A DNA stretch of 55,595 bases from a virus (IMGVR_UViG_3300003465_000007:1-55595); one strand, 5' to 3'; counted from the stretch's first letter, positions 1-8,865 are shown. The notes: generated by a model from the letters alone, not told the origin. Numbers and translations are program-made.

Positions 1-108
1 CGAGCCGTACGCCCGCACGCTGGCCGAGCCGTACGCCCGCACGCTGGCCGAGCCGTACGCCCGCACGCTGGCCGAGTCGTACGCCTCCACGCTGGCCGAG
101 CCGTACGC
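1..108. repeat. 24-bp tandem repeat (CGAGCCGTACGCCCGCACGCTGGC) encoding ASVRAYGS octapeptides; contig break point
   Basis: About 4.5 units here; 1-52 identical to 55544-55595. Confidence 0.95.
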
Positions 109-465
109 CTTGTAACGGCCGCTCTTGACCTCGTGGTGGCCGCTGGTGAATACCCCGTGCGGCTCCCACTCTTCAACTCGGAGGAGGCGTGCCTCTAGGG
201 CAGCGAGCTTGTTGCTCTCGCGCTGGACCTCACCCCGATATTCCGCGACGTAGAGCGTGCTGCTGTCCACGTGCCACTCAAACGGCTGATCGGTCAAGTG
301 CAGCCCGTTCTCACAGATGGCTAGGGGGCCTGGGATAGTGACCCATTCGCCGGGTGCCCAGTTGCCATCGGCATCCTGCGTGGGGAGCGGCCAGGCGAAA
401 TCAGGACCAGAGTGGTGGCACGACTTGCCGTCCACCAGTACCTTGTAGAGCAAGGTTTCGGTCAT
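1..465 (-). CDS. Junction-spanning phage protein, N-terminal part (MTETLLYKVLVDGKSCH...CENGLH...) followed by octapeptide repeats
   Basis: ATG at 465 overlaps stop of upstream ORF (ATGA); open frame into the repeat; not in ORF track. Confidence 0.85.
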   Translation of the reverse strand, partial: MTETLLYKVLVDGKSCHHSGPDFAWPLPTQDADGNWAPGEWVTIPGPLAICENGLHLTDQPFEWHVDSSTLYVAEYRGEVQRESNKLAALEARLLRVEEWEPHGVFTSGHHEVKSGRYKAYGSASVEAYDSASVRAYGSASVRAYGSASVRAYGS

Positions 466-671
466 CGGGTTAGCTCCCTTGTAATGCACTTCTTCACCCG
501 CTCCCACTCTGCCTCGTTGGCGACCTCCCGCCGGTGCGCCTCGCCGGGAACCAGCACCGACAGGCGATAGCGCCCCGGGCCGTCCCACAGGCGACGGAAC
601 CGCACGGTGTCCGGTAGCTCACGCTCGTGGGCTAGGGCGTCCGAGAGGCTGAATCCAGATTGGCGACTCAT
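462..671 (-). CDS. Hypothetical protein
   Basis: Start/stop overlaps on both sides. Confidence 0.6.
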   Translation of the reverse strand: MSRQSGFSLSDALAHERELPDTVRFRRLWDGPGRYRLSVLVPGEAHRREVANEAEWERVKKCITRELTR

Positions 672-1051
672 CGCTGCTTCACCCGGATCCCGGAGTCGTC
701 CATCAGCCCGAACATTTCATCCAACGTGCCAGTGAGATCGCGGAATTGGGCCATGCCCGCGATCCGATCGGTGGAAAGAAAACGATCCAGGAGCCGCGCG
801 ATGCCGACCAGCGGATCTTGCTCATCGCGCACGGTGGCGATGCGCGCCGCGATCTCTTCGGCCGACTCGGCCACCTCCAGCGCATACTCCCCCGGCGACA
901 GTTCGCCCCGCAGGTACAGCCGCGTGGCCCCGTCCGGCATGCCGAACACCATCTGGATGCTCGCCACCGCCACCAGATCGGCCGCGCGCTGCACACACCA
1001 GTGCCCACCGCTGGTCGAGCACCGATGCACCTCGATGAAGCCCGGGGTCAT
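668..1051 (-). CDS. Hypothetical protein
   Basis: Likely start MTPGFIEVH; ATGA coupling. Confidence 0.65.
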   Translation of the reverse strand: MTPGFIEVHRCSTSGGHWCVQRAADLVAVASIQMVFGMPDGATRLYLRGELSPGEYALEVAESAEEIAARIATVRDEQDPLVGIARLLDRFLSTDRIAGMAQFRDLTGTLDEMFGLMDDSGIRVKQR

Positions 1052-1302
1052 GGCGCCACCCGCCGATTCCGCCGCGGGGCGTAGCGGTGCACCAGCTGAT
1101 GCTCCGGCACCCACGGCAGCCGCGAAACCACGGTCTCCCGGGGATAGGGGGTCAGGCAGCGGCGACAGAACAATCCCCCGTTGAGGGCATCCTGCCGGAT
1201 GACGGGATCGGCGCAGGCGCAATGCCGCACGAAGGGGAGCGGGCGCCGATTCGTTGCGCCACTGTCACGAGGGGGATGGGAGCGGTGCGGTATCATCTTC
1301 AC
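1048..1302 (-). CDS. Small Cys-containing hypothetical protein
   Basis: CxC and CxxC motifs; coupled to downstream gene. Confidence 0.45.
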   Translation of the reverse strand: MKMIPHRSHPPRDSGATNRRPLPFVRHCACADPVIRQDALNGGLFCRRCLTPYPRETVVSRLPWVPEHQLVHRYAPRRNRRVAP

Positions 1303-1359
1303 GAACCTCTTGAACCGCTCGGGTGTGCTTGCCAGCCGTGCCCGAGCGGTTTCGTTTTG

Positions 1360-1596
1360 CTACGGAGTCGCCGGGTCGCCGTTCGTTGGGGTCGCGCGCG
1401 GTTCCTCGATAGCCCCCTCCGCGGTCAAGTGACCCGATCCGATGTTGAGATGCTTGGCGCCGAACTCACCCGCCCACCGGGCGTGGTCCGGACAGAAGTC
1501 GCCGTAGCTGATGCACGGTCCGTCGTCCTGCTGGTAGATCCAGCCCATGCGCTCGGTGGGCGCGACCTCGCACGGCACCACCGCACAGCGCGCCAT
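1360..1596 (-). CDS. Hypothetical protein
   Basis: TGATG coupling with upstream gene. Confidence 0.45.
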   Translation of the reverse strand: MARCAVVPCEVAPTERMGWIYQQDDGPCISYGDFCPDHARWAGEFGAKHLNIGSGHLTAEGAIEEPRATPTNGDPATP

Positions 1597-2120
1597 CAGG
1601 ACAGCACCTCAACGGTCCGGTACTGACGTCCGAATTGGATCGCGGCCGCGCAGCTCGGCATATAGACGTCGATCCGCTGGCCGATCACCGCGCTGACGGT
1701 GTCCTCTGACACGTATTCGCCGGGCAGCCCGTCGATCCGCATGCGCGTCCACTGGGGGATAACTGCGCGGTCCGTGGCCACTACGCCCGGTCGCGTCTGC
1801 GTTCCCGAGCGAGTCAGGCCCGAGATGCAATAGGCGCTGATCTCACCGGTGAAGATCCGCGCTACCCCGACGGAGCGCGACGGAGGGGTCGGATCGATCC
1901 GGTCGCCCTGCACTGAAGCGACCATCACGCCCTCCGGCGCAGGCTCCGTCTCCGACGGGGCGTCATCACCCACCATCGCCGCTTCGGGCTCATCGTCAAG
2001 GGTCACGAGCTGGGGCGTGGGCGTGGGCAGGGTCACGGATGGCTCGGCGGGGTGGCCATCTCCGGCGAACAGGTTGAGGCCGAGCACGATGAGGGCGGAG
2101 GCGTAGATAGGGCGCGTCAT
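1596..2120 (-). CDS. 3D-domain (MltA-like) cell-wall hydrolase with N-terminal signal/anchor
   Basis: SAY..TRSG, VVATD..VIP, EDT, RIDVY motifs; hydrophobic N-terminus. Confidence 0.85.
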   Translation of the reverse strand: MTRPIYASALIVLGLNLFAGDGHPAEPSVTLPTPTPQLVTLDDEPEAAMVGDDAPSETEPAPEGVMVASVQGDRIDPTPPSRSVGVARIFTGEISAYCISGLTRSGTQTRPGVVATDRAVIPQWTRMRIDGLPGEYVSEDTVSAVIGQRIDVYMPSCAAAIQFGRQYRTVEVLS

Positions 2121-2710
2121 GCGGCTATCCCCAGCGCTTCGCGCACTCCAGGCTCGAGCTCGATGGCGCCACTCCGAACCATCTCAACGACCCGTCGCCG
2201 CATGAACGGGGAGGGGCTTGGGTTCGCCTCTTTCAGGAACCACTCCTCATCTGCCATCAGCATCAGCAACGCACTGAGCGCGACGTCCGCGGGCGGCACG
2301 GGAGTCAATCCATCGTCCTGGAGCGGCGGATGGATGCAGAACGACCAATGCGCGAGCCAGCGCTGGCCGTGCTGCCCGACCTCTTCGATGTGCGCGTGCT
2401 GGATCAGCCACACCCGGAAGTGCCGCCCGCCCGGGGTGTCAATCCGGAACGAGCGGGAGTTACGAAGCTGTCGCCGCTGCTCGGGGCTTAGGAATGACCG
2501 CAGCAGACGGAAGGACCGACGCACCACGCTCCGCGTGTCCAGACGGAGCCACTGGCGGCGCCGCCGTTCGTACTCCACCCACATGGTCAGATCGGTCCGG
2601 TCTCGCAGGCTGAGATCGGGCCAGCTCAGCGCGTTCGCGAGGCTCAACTCCCCCGCGTCAATGCGATCGATGAGGAGAAGCCAGCGCACCATGTTTCGCG
2701 GTCGGCTCAT
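2117..2710 (-). CDS. Phage protein with CxHP motif
   Basis: FCIHPP...PADVALSALLML.ADEEWFLKEAN; coupled to neighbours. Confidence 0.7.
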   Translation of the reverse strand: MSRPRNMVRWLLLIDRIDAGELSLANALSWPDLSLRDRTDLTMWVEYERRRRQWLRLDTRSVVRRSFRLLRSFLSPEQRRQLRNSRSFRIDTPGGRHFRVWLIQHAHIEEVGQHGQRWLAHWSFCIHPPLQDDGLTPVPPADVALSALLMLMADEEWFLKEANPSPSPFMRRRVVEMVRSGAIELEPGVREALGIAA

Positions 2711-2711
2711 C

Positions 2712-3023
2712 TCACCCTCCCCGCATCGGCGCCATGGCGACCGTGCGTGCGGGCCGACCCCGCCGCTTGGGCGCTGGCGTCTCGGACGTCTCGGGTTCTT
2801 CGGGGAGTTGGGTGGGATCTTCGATGCGACGGACGCTCAGCGACCCTTTACCCGCCGCCACTTCATCGGCTGGGGTGTCATCGGCCAGGAAGAAGGAATA
2901 CCCAGCTTCCTTGAGCCGCGCGACCTCTTCGCGGATGGCCGCGACTTCCTGGTCGTTGTCCGAGTCCCAGGACAGGGTGAGATGGCCCGAGCGGTTCATG
3001 ACCTCCAGAGTGATGGCACTCAC
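2712..3023 (-). CDS. Small protein ending in di-glycine (APMRGG)
   Basis: GTG start MSAITLEV; C-terminal GG. Confidence 0.75.
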   Translation of the reverse strand: MSAITLEVMNRSGHLTLSWDSDNDQEVAAIREEVARLKEAGYSFFLADDTPADEVAAGKGSLSVRRIEDPTQLPEEPETSETPAPKRRGRPARTVAMAPMRGG

Positions 3024-3235
3024 GCCGTCACCGCCTTCCGCCGTGGCTGGCTGATCTCGTAGCACTGGTAGGTGGCTTCCCACTCCGTGCCGCACGCGCC
3101 GCAGCGGTAGTGATCCACGATCTCCGACGGTGCTTCGCGGCCATCCTCGACGTACTCCCGGTGCTCGATGCCGGTCGGCTCCTCGCGATGGCAGTCCGGG
3201 CAGGTCTTCGGATGCGCAATGCTGTTGATCGTCAC
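3020..3235 (-). CDS. Zinc-ribbon protein
   Basis: CPDC...CGAC; GTGA overlaps. Confidence 0.7.
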   Translation of the reverse strand: MTINSIAHPKTCPDCHREEPTGIEHREYVEDGREAPSEIVDHYRCGACGTEWEATYQCYEISQPRRKAVTA

Positions 3236-3417
3236 GCCGCCTCCCCCTCTTCCAGCTCCGCTTGCCGCCGCGCCTCGGTCGGGTCCACCCCCTGGCAGAT
3301 CAGCTCTTCGGTGCGGTCGTCGATGCGCTGCTGGCGCTCCACCGGGAGTACGTCCGTGCCGGTCACCATCGGTCGATCCAGCCGAGGGCGCGCGAACGAA
3401 ATCACGAGCTTCGGCAT
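3232..3417 (-). CDS. Hypothetical protein
   Basis: Coupled ORF, likely start MPKLVISF. Confidence 0.55.
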   Translation of the reverse strand: MPKLVISFARPRLDRPMVTGTDVLPVERQQRIDDRTEELICQGVDPTEARRQAELEEGEAA

Positions 3418-3659
3418 CAGCGACCAGCCTTCCGTCCGCGGGCCAAACGCGCCCGCGCCAACTGCTCCCGCCACTGCAAATCCGCCAGCCGCCATCGCTC
3501 ACCCTCCGGCAACGCGGGGTCGGTCTGGTCGAAGTAGCGGCGACGCTTGGCCTGTACCGCCGCCCGTCCCTTGGCGCGGTTGTCGTTGGTCTGCGCGGAG
3601 CGCAGGCCGCCGATTTGGCTGATCGCGCGGCGCACCGCGGGACGGAGCTGATCGGCCAT
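3417..3659 (-). CDS. Small basic hypothetical protein
   Basis: TGATG coupling on both sides. Confidence 0.6.
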   Translation of the reverse strand: MADQLRPAVRRAISQIGGLRSAQTNDNRAKGRAAVQAKRRRYFDQTDPALPEGERWRLADLQWREQLARARLARGRKAGR

Positions 3660-3841
3660 CAGCGCATCACCTCGCGGAGCCTGGCGTCCGTCTCGGTGTA
3701 GGTGTTGCCCCACACGGTGGCCACCCCGTTCAGGTAACCAACGTGCTCGCGGGGGAGGAGCGGGTCAATGACCACGCCGGTGAAGTGGGTGCGCTGGTAC
3801 TCCGCGTCCTGGGCTTCGGGGGTGAGGGCAGGGGTGGTCAT
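3659..3841 (-). CDS. Hypothetical protein
   Basis: Coupled ORF. Confidence 0.6.
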   Translation of the reverse strand: MTTPALTPEAQDAEYQRTHFTGVVIDPLLPREHVGYLNGVATVWGNTYTETDARLREVMR

Positions 3842-4062
3842 GAGGCCACCGCCATGGACTCGCCTTGCTCCCAGATGGCCCGCCGGGCTTCGGCCAACTC
3901 AACCATGGTCTGCGGCGGGTTGTTGACTCCGTGCTCAATGAGCGTCCGCACCACGTCGTTTTCGTCCATGCCAGTCCGGTCGGCCCAGCGCTTGATTCCC
4001 TCGGCCACCGGGGCGGATACTCGGACGTCAATGCGTTCGGTAAATCGACCGGCCATCTGCAC
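3838..4062 (-). CDS. Cro-position regulator, ribbon-helix-helix-like
   Basis: RIDVRVS strand plus two helices; first gene after leftward promoter, divergent from repressor. Confidence 0.7.
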   Translation of the reverse strand: MQMAGRFTERIDVRVSAPVAEGIKRWADRTGMDENDVVRTLIEHGVNNPPQTMVELAEARRAIWEQGESMAVAS

Positions 4063-4107
4063 TCCCGCTCAGGGTGTTGATCTTACTCAACCAACGCTGT
4101 TGAAGAC

Positions 4108-4136
4108 ACTATACAGATGAGCAGGATTTTTGTCAA
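4108..4136 (-). promoter_or_regulatory. Leftward lytic sigma70-type promoter amid TCAAC/GTTGA operator-like half-sites
   Basis: TTGACA-17-TATAGT; inverted GTTGA/TCAAC pairs at about 4076-4103. Confidence 0.8.
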
Positions 4137-4291
4137 CAAATTGGTGATTTCTCTGCTAGGATGTGGTTGTCCGAAGTCATCCTAAATCGCAGAGGGGAAT
4201 CATCCGAACGTGTTGAGCTTCCTTGCTACGCTTGCACCCGAGGCGCCTGGTGATCGCTAGCGCGCCTCGCATTCAGGTGTGGGGGTGGCAG

Positions 4292-4732
4292 ATGGCTGAC
4301 CCGCCGTCAGGGTCCCTACGTCCCATCTCGGACGATGAGGCGAATGAGACCCAGCCGAGTGGGGCGCTCGGGGAGTACATTGTTCAGGAGCGGCTCCGTC
4401 GGGATCGGAGTGAGGCCGCGGTGGCCCGCCTGGGGGGGATCGACCGGGGGACGCTACGGAACATCATTTCCGGAAAGCAGCGGCAGCCCCGTTATGAGAC
4501 GTTGCAGGCCATCGCCAAGGGGTTGGCTCACGGCAATAGCAACGCCAGCTATGAAGCAGAGTTGATCTATGCCAACCTCTTGCATGAGGGCGGGTGGCTC
4601 CCCAAGGTGCTCCCTACTTCATTGTTAGAGCAGCTCTCCAGCCAGCAAATCGAGGCACAGGCGCAAGTGCTCTATGAGAAATGGCGAGCGGACATCATCA
4701 ACCGCATCCAGTCCGACAAACCATCCGCATAG
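4292..4732 (+). CDS. CI-like XRE HTH repressor
   Basis: SEAAVARLGGIDRGTLRNIISGKQRQP HTH; divergent from Cro, upstream of integrase. Confidence 0.8.
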   Translation: MADPPSGSLRPISDDEANETQPSGALGEYIVQERLRRDRSEAAVARLGGIDRGTLRNIISGKQRQPRYETLQAIAKGLAHGNSNASYEAELIYANLLHEGGWLPKVLPTSLLEQLSSQQIEAQAQVLYEKWRADIINRIQSDKPSA

Positions 4733-4818
4733 GCCAAATGGCCTATTGACCCAGAGTCAGCCAGCGTTAGACTGGGATCACGCGGCATTACAAACCTGAA
4801 ACAGGGGGCGACCTCAAG

Positions 4819-5073
4819 ATGGCGCATTCGGAAGCTGACGCAGATGATGTTCGCGCGATCTTTCACCACATGATCGAAGAGGGCTGGCGCATGCTTGCCA
4901 TGTATGACGAGTCAAAGCGGAAATGCACCCTAATCCCTGCGCTGGAGCAGGCGCGTGAGCAGCTCCACCTCTCGGATGAAGACCTGGCCGCGGAGTTGGA
5001 CCAGGCGGAATCCAACCTCGTGCGATTCCCGGTGCCGCACGGACGCCAACTCGGACGGAACAGCACGAGCTAA
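4819..5073 (+). CDS. Hypothetical protein in lysogeny module
   Basis: Preceded by TTGACC-16-TAGACT. Confidence 0.55.
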   Translation: MAHSEADADDVRAIFHHMIEEGWRMLAMYDESKRKCTLIPALEQAREQLHLSDEDLAAELDQAESNLVRFPVPHGRQLGRNSTS

Positions 5074-5265
5074 AGAGCGACCAGATTGAGCCCGCTCAAT
5101 CTGGCACGTTAACTATCGCCCATTCAGATGGATAGTCACACGACTGTCTATGCCTAACGGTGGTTCAGACCGTGCCGGATAAGGGAAGGTAAACGCGCCG
5201 AGCAAATCGGGTAATATTGTGCGGTTCAGGCGTCGATCAGAACGTTAACCGGGCAGGAGGGCGAT

Positions 5266-6228
5266 ATGGCTAATGGTGGGTCAGTACGTGAGATGTTAAC
5301 CGTGGTGGAGACGGTCACTCGGGAGGCGGAACCAGATGCGGAGTATCAGGCACTCTTGGCGTCCTTCCTGCGGCACCTGCGAGCGGAGCGCAAGAGTCCG
5401 GCCACGGTGCGGTCGTATCAGGATGCGGTGACCACCCTGGGGGCGTACTTGCTCCGGGAGGGGATGCCGACCAAACCGATAGGCATCACCCGGGAGCATG
5501 TGGAGTGCTTCATCTTAGAGCAGCTCGATCAGCGCTCCGACAGTACCGCGCGCACGCGCTTCGCCGGGTTGCGGGTGTTCTTCAACTGGCTGGTGGACGA
5601 AGGGGAGTTGACCGCCTCCCCCATGGCCCGCATGAAGCCCCCCAAGGTCGCGGAGGACCCGCCGGCGGTGCTCTCCGCGCTGCACATCCAGCGCCTGCTC
5701 AAGGCGTGTGGGGGGCGCAACTTCGAGGACCGGCGGGATTTGGCCATCATTCGCCTGCTGCTTGATACGGGCATGCGGCGGAGCGAGCTGGCCGGACTCC
5801 AGATCGCGGACGTCGACCTCGATGCACAGATTGCCACGGTGCGGGGGAAGGGGGACCGGGTGCGGCTCTGTCCCTTCGGCGCCAAGGCGACCCAAGCGCT
5901 GGACCGCTATCAGCGGGCGCGTGCGGGCCATCGCCATCAGCAGTTGCCGGTCTGGTGGCTCGGCGCGCGCGGGGGACTGACCGGGGCTGGAGTGTATCGA
6001 ATTGTGAAGGTGCGGGGGCGACAGGCCGATCTGCCCCGGTACATCTGGCCCCATCTGTTCCGCCACACCGCGGCCAGCAACTGGCTGGAGCAAGGCGGGC
6101 AAGAGGGCGACCTGATGCGGCTGGCCGGCTGGCGGTCGGTGCAGATGATGCGACGGTACGGCTCTGCCGAGGCGGATCGGCGGGCAATCAAGGCGTTTCG
6201 CGAGCTTTCTCCGGGCGATCGGTTTTAA
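5266..6228 (+). CDS. int: Tyrosine integrase
   Basis: TGMRRSE, GKG, HLFRH, AGW, RY catalytic motifs; AGGAGG RBS. Confidence 0.95.
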   Translation: MANGGSVREMLTVVETVTREAEPDAEYQALLASFLRHLRAERKSPATVRSYQDAVTTLGAYLLREGMPTKPIGITREHVECFILEQLDQRSDSTARTRFAGLRVFFNWLVDEGELTASPMARMKPPKVAEDPPAVLSALHIQRLLKACGGRNFEDRRDLAIIRLLLDTGMRRSELAGLQIADVDLDAQIATVRGKGDRVRLCPFGAKATQALDRYQRARAGHRHQQLPVWWLGARGGLTGAGVYRIVKVRGRQADLPRYIWPHLFRHTAASNWLEQGGQEGDLMRLAGWRSVQMMRRYGSAEADRRAIKAFRELSPGDRF

Positions 6229-6318
6229 GGAAGCAGGCAAGTTTGCCCCCCGAAAAACGCTGAATCTTCCGGTACCTCGCTTAGACTGGTCGCAGGCAGA
6301 TGGTATGGAGGATGATCG

Positions 6319-6987
6319 ATGCGGCTGGCACTGATCCTGGTTACCCTGGCGACCCTGGCCCTGGCGCTCTTCTCCGCGGCCCCCACCCACGCCGATGGCG
6401 ATCTGTGTTACCAGACCGCCGGCCGCTTCGGCTGCACCACGCCCACCGCGACGGCCCAGGCGCGCCCCACCCAGACCCCGACCGCCACCCGCAATCTGGC
6501 GAGCTGCGAGGTCGCGCCGCCCAGTGAGGGTAACTGGCAGTGCATCGGGGGCAAGTGGGTACTGATCCCGCTGGAGACCGCGCGCCAGACCGCGACGCCG
6601 ACCGCGACGCGCAGCAAGTGGATTTGTGAGGTTGCGCCGCCGAATGAGCCGGGCTGGCAATGTCTCGGTGGCCGCTGGGTGTTCGTGCCCAGCCCGACCC
6701 CGAGCCCGACCGCCACCAGCGGGGTGGACTGGGCGCCGTGCTACCAGACCGCGGGTCGGCTTGGCTGCGGCGCACCCACGGTGCAAGTGCAGGCGCGGCC
6801 CACCCAGACGCCCACGCCGACGCGCAATCCGTTTATCTGTGAGGTGAACCCACCGAATGAGGGCGACTGGCGCTGCGTTGACGGTCGGTGGGTGCTGATC
6901 GTGAGCCCGACGCCGACTGCCACGACGGGGCCGGACTGGGCGCTGTGCTACCGGACCGGGAACCGGGCGTACGGGTGTCCACGGTGA
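6319..6987 (+). CDS. Secreted protein with repeated two-Cys modules and Pro/Thr linkers
   Basis: Signal peptide (THA cleavage), 3x CEVxPPxExxWxCxxGxWV, 3x CYxTxxRxGC-like; GGAGG RBS. Confidence 0.85.
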   Translation: MRLALILVTLATLALALFSAAPTHADGDLCYQTAGRFGCTTPTATAQARPTQTPTATRNLASCEVAPPSEGNWQCIGGKWVLIPLETARQTATPTATRSKWICEVAPPNEPGWQCLGGRWVFVPSPTPSPTATSGVDWAPCYQTAGRLGCGAPTVQVQARPTQTPTPTRNPFICEVNPPNEGDWRCVDGRWVLIVSPTPTATTGPDWALCYRTGNRAYGCPR

Positions 6988-7026
6988 AATTGGTCGGGGC
7001 AATTTCACAAATTCGCCCCCAAACCC

Positions 7027-7055
7027 TTGACAATACTATACGTAGTGTATATACT
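7027..7055 (+). promoter_or_regulatory. Strong moron promoter with palindromic spacer
   Basis: TTGACA-17-TATACT; ATAC-TA-TACGTA-GT-GTAT imperfect palindrome. Confidence 0.85.
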
Positions 7056-7084
7056 CTAGTATCAAGAGTGAGGGAGCGACGATC

Positions 7085-7360
7085 GTGGAGACCACCCTGC
7101 CCGCCCTGAGCGGGTCAGACAAGCAAGTTGAGTGGGCGGAGCGGATCCGCGCGGAGAAGATCGCGGAGATCCGCGCGAACGAAGCGCGCCTGGGGGAGTG
7201 GATGGGGCCGCTCCCTGACCAGGAGCGCGGGCTTCCAGTCCTGCTCGCGCAGGCGGACGCGGGGTGGTGGATCAACCACCGCCGCGCGGATGGAGCGCGA
7301 CTGGCGGAGACGGTTGGAAAGCGACAGCGGCTCGGCATGCCGCTGTTCCGGGGCTGGTAA
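7085..7360 (+). CDS. Hypothetical phage protein (LxGSxKQVxWAxxIR motif)
   Basis: RBS, motif I recall from phage accessory proteins. Confidence 0.75.
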   Translation: METTLPALSGSDKQVEWAERIRAEKIAEIRANEARLGEWMGPLPDQERGLPVLLAQADAGWWINHRRADGARLAETVGKRQRLGMPLFRGW

Positions 7361-7770
7361 TGGATCGCTACGAAGAGACTCCCACCACCCGCCGGCTCAC
7401 CCGCCTGGCCCGCCAGCTGGGGGTGATCGAGGCCGACCAGGACGAGGCAGTCTTGATTGACCGCCATCCGGTCTCTGGCCGGCAATATTGGCTGGGCGAA
7501 GGCATCGGACAGAACGCGTCGGATGCCGAGTACCGGATCCGTCAACTCGGGAAGGGCAAGGCGAGCCTCGACCACCTGCGCGAGGTGGCCGCCGAATTGA
7601 CCCCGGCCACGCTCCTGGCCCGCCGCCAGTCGTTGGGCTTGACGCAGGAGCAACTCGCGCAACGCCTGCGCGTCACCACCACCACCGTCGCGCGGTGGGA
7701 GCGGGGTGAGCAGCCCCTGCCGGGGATGCTGAGCCTGGCCCTGGAGCGGCTGGAGTCGCAAGCGGGGTAG
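7360..7770 (+). CDS. Protein with C-terminal XRE HTH; probable autoregulator
   Basis: RQSLGLTQEQLAQRLRVTTTTVARWERG; TAATG coupling. Confidence 0.85.
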   Translation: MDRYEETPTTRRLTRLARQLGVIEADQDEAVLIDRHPVSGRQYWLGEGIGQNASDAEYRIRQLGKGKASLDHLREVAAELTPATLLARRQSLGLTQEQLAQRLRVTTTTVARWERGEQPLPGMLSLALERLESQAG

Positions 7771-8012
7771 CCGGCATGCCCACCCACATAATCACCGACC
7801 AAATAAGGAGGATGTAATAGCACTCAACCGCAATCGCATCGCAGAGGTGATAGAGCACCTCAACCGGAAGGACGACAGCTTCGCGTTGATCGCCGGCAAA
7901 TTCACCGATTTCGACGGCGGGATGTGCGCGGCCGGGGTGATGCTCGCCGCGGTCGGCATTCCGGTCAGCAGCTTTGAGCGTATTGGCCGCTCAAGGCGCG
8001 GCCAACTGACCC

Positions 8013-8048
8013 AAGGCCCGGTGTCGTATTTGACACCGGGCCTTTTCT
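8013..8048 (+). terminator. Intrinsic terminator where plus- and minus-strand modules converge
   Basis: AAGGCCCGGTGTC/GACACCGGGCCTT stem followed by T-rich run. Confidence 0.75.
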
Positions 8049-8119
8049 CTGTCGTTCGACTTTCGCCGCCGGTCGGGGATGCGGGTGATTCACTGGCCCA
8101 GCTCGCCACGATTGGAGGT

Positions 8120-8323
8120 CTACGACGGCAGCGAGGACGGGATCTCCTGACCGAGGTCGGACGGCGGCTGCTCATCGCGCTGAGGTCGCCACTCCGGGGC
8201 AACGTCGGGTAGGCTGAACGACCGCGCGCACATGAAGCAGGTGACCCAGCCCGGATCCTCCCAGTCATCGTGCATGTCCCCGCCGCAGACCGGGCAGGCG
8301 CGGAGATACCACTTCATCGCCAT
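8120..8323 (-). CDS. Small zinc-ribbon protein
   Basis: CPVCGGD...CFMC. Confidence 0.7.
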   Translation of the reverse strand: MAMKWYLRACPVCGGDMHDDWEDPGWVTCFMCARSFSLPDVAPEWRPQRDEQPPSDLGQEIPSSLPS

Positions 8324-8328
8324 GGCGG

Positions 8329-8865
8329 TTACGAGTGGATGCTGACCATGCCCGGGGTGAACGGGCGGGCGGACATCCATCCTTCGCGGTTGCGGTGGGC
8401 GTCGCAGAGCTTTACGACGTCCATCCCTCCATCGACTTCCAGCCCTGCCAGCGTCGGACAGAGACAGGCACTGACCTCGATCGGTTCGTCGGTCTGGCCG
8501 GTCGTGAGGGGAACCATCGCCTCGCACTCAGAGCGACCGTCCACCACGCCGGTGCGGGGCTTGAACGTGACTTCGTGGAGGTGGTCCGATTCCCACTCGT
8601 AGTAGTGGCGCTCGGCTTCCTCGGGCGTGTCGTGGCCAGGGCAGGGATTCGCGCTGTCGACCAGGCCGCGGCCCTCGCAGGTGGTACACACCGGTCGGCC
8701 TGGTCGGCACATGGCCGGCATGCCATCGCAGTCGGGGCAGTTGTCGAAGGGTGAACAGGAGCCGATCGCGTAGACCTGACGGTCGTTCATGCGGGTGTAG
8801 CGCCACTTCCCGGCGTCGGGACGATCCGAGCTCGGGTCGACCTGGCGGGCCTGATCGTAGTTCAT
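8329..8865 (-). CDS. Cys-rich hypothetical protein
   Basis: CPDCDG and CTTCEGRG DnaJ-like Zn motifs. Confidence 0.7.
   Translation of the reverse strand: MNYDQARQVDPSSDRPDAGKWRYTRMNDRQVYAIGSCSPFDNCPDCDGMPAMCRPGRPVCTTCEGRGLVDSANPCPGHDTPEEAERHYYEWESDHLHEVTFKPRTGVVDGRSECEAMVPLTTGQTDEPIEVSACLCPTLAGLEVDGGMDVVKLCDAHRNREGWMSARPFTPGMVSIHS

Noticed and set aside
1-108. CRISPR array or true terminal repeat
   Set aside because: Head-to-tail 24-bp units with no spacers, in frame within a gene; terminal identity is best explained as assembly overlap
6319-6987. Arbitrium system or RiPP cluster
   Set aside because: No TPR/RRNPP receptor, and no adjacent maturase or transporter identified
5515-7008. Long opposite-strand ORFs (also 14329-15666, 19886-21457, 27190-28947, 32736-34391, 48431-50227)
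   Set aside because: Shadow frames of real genes in high-GC DNA; no motifs
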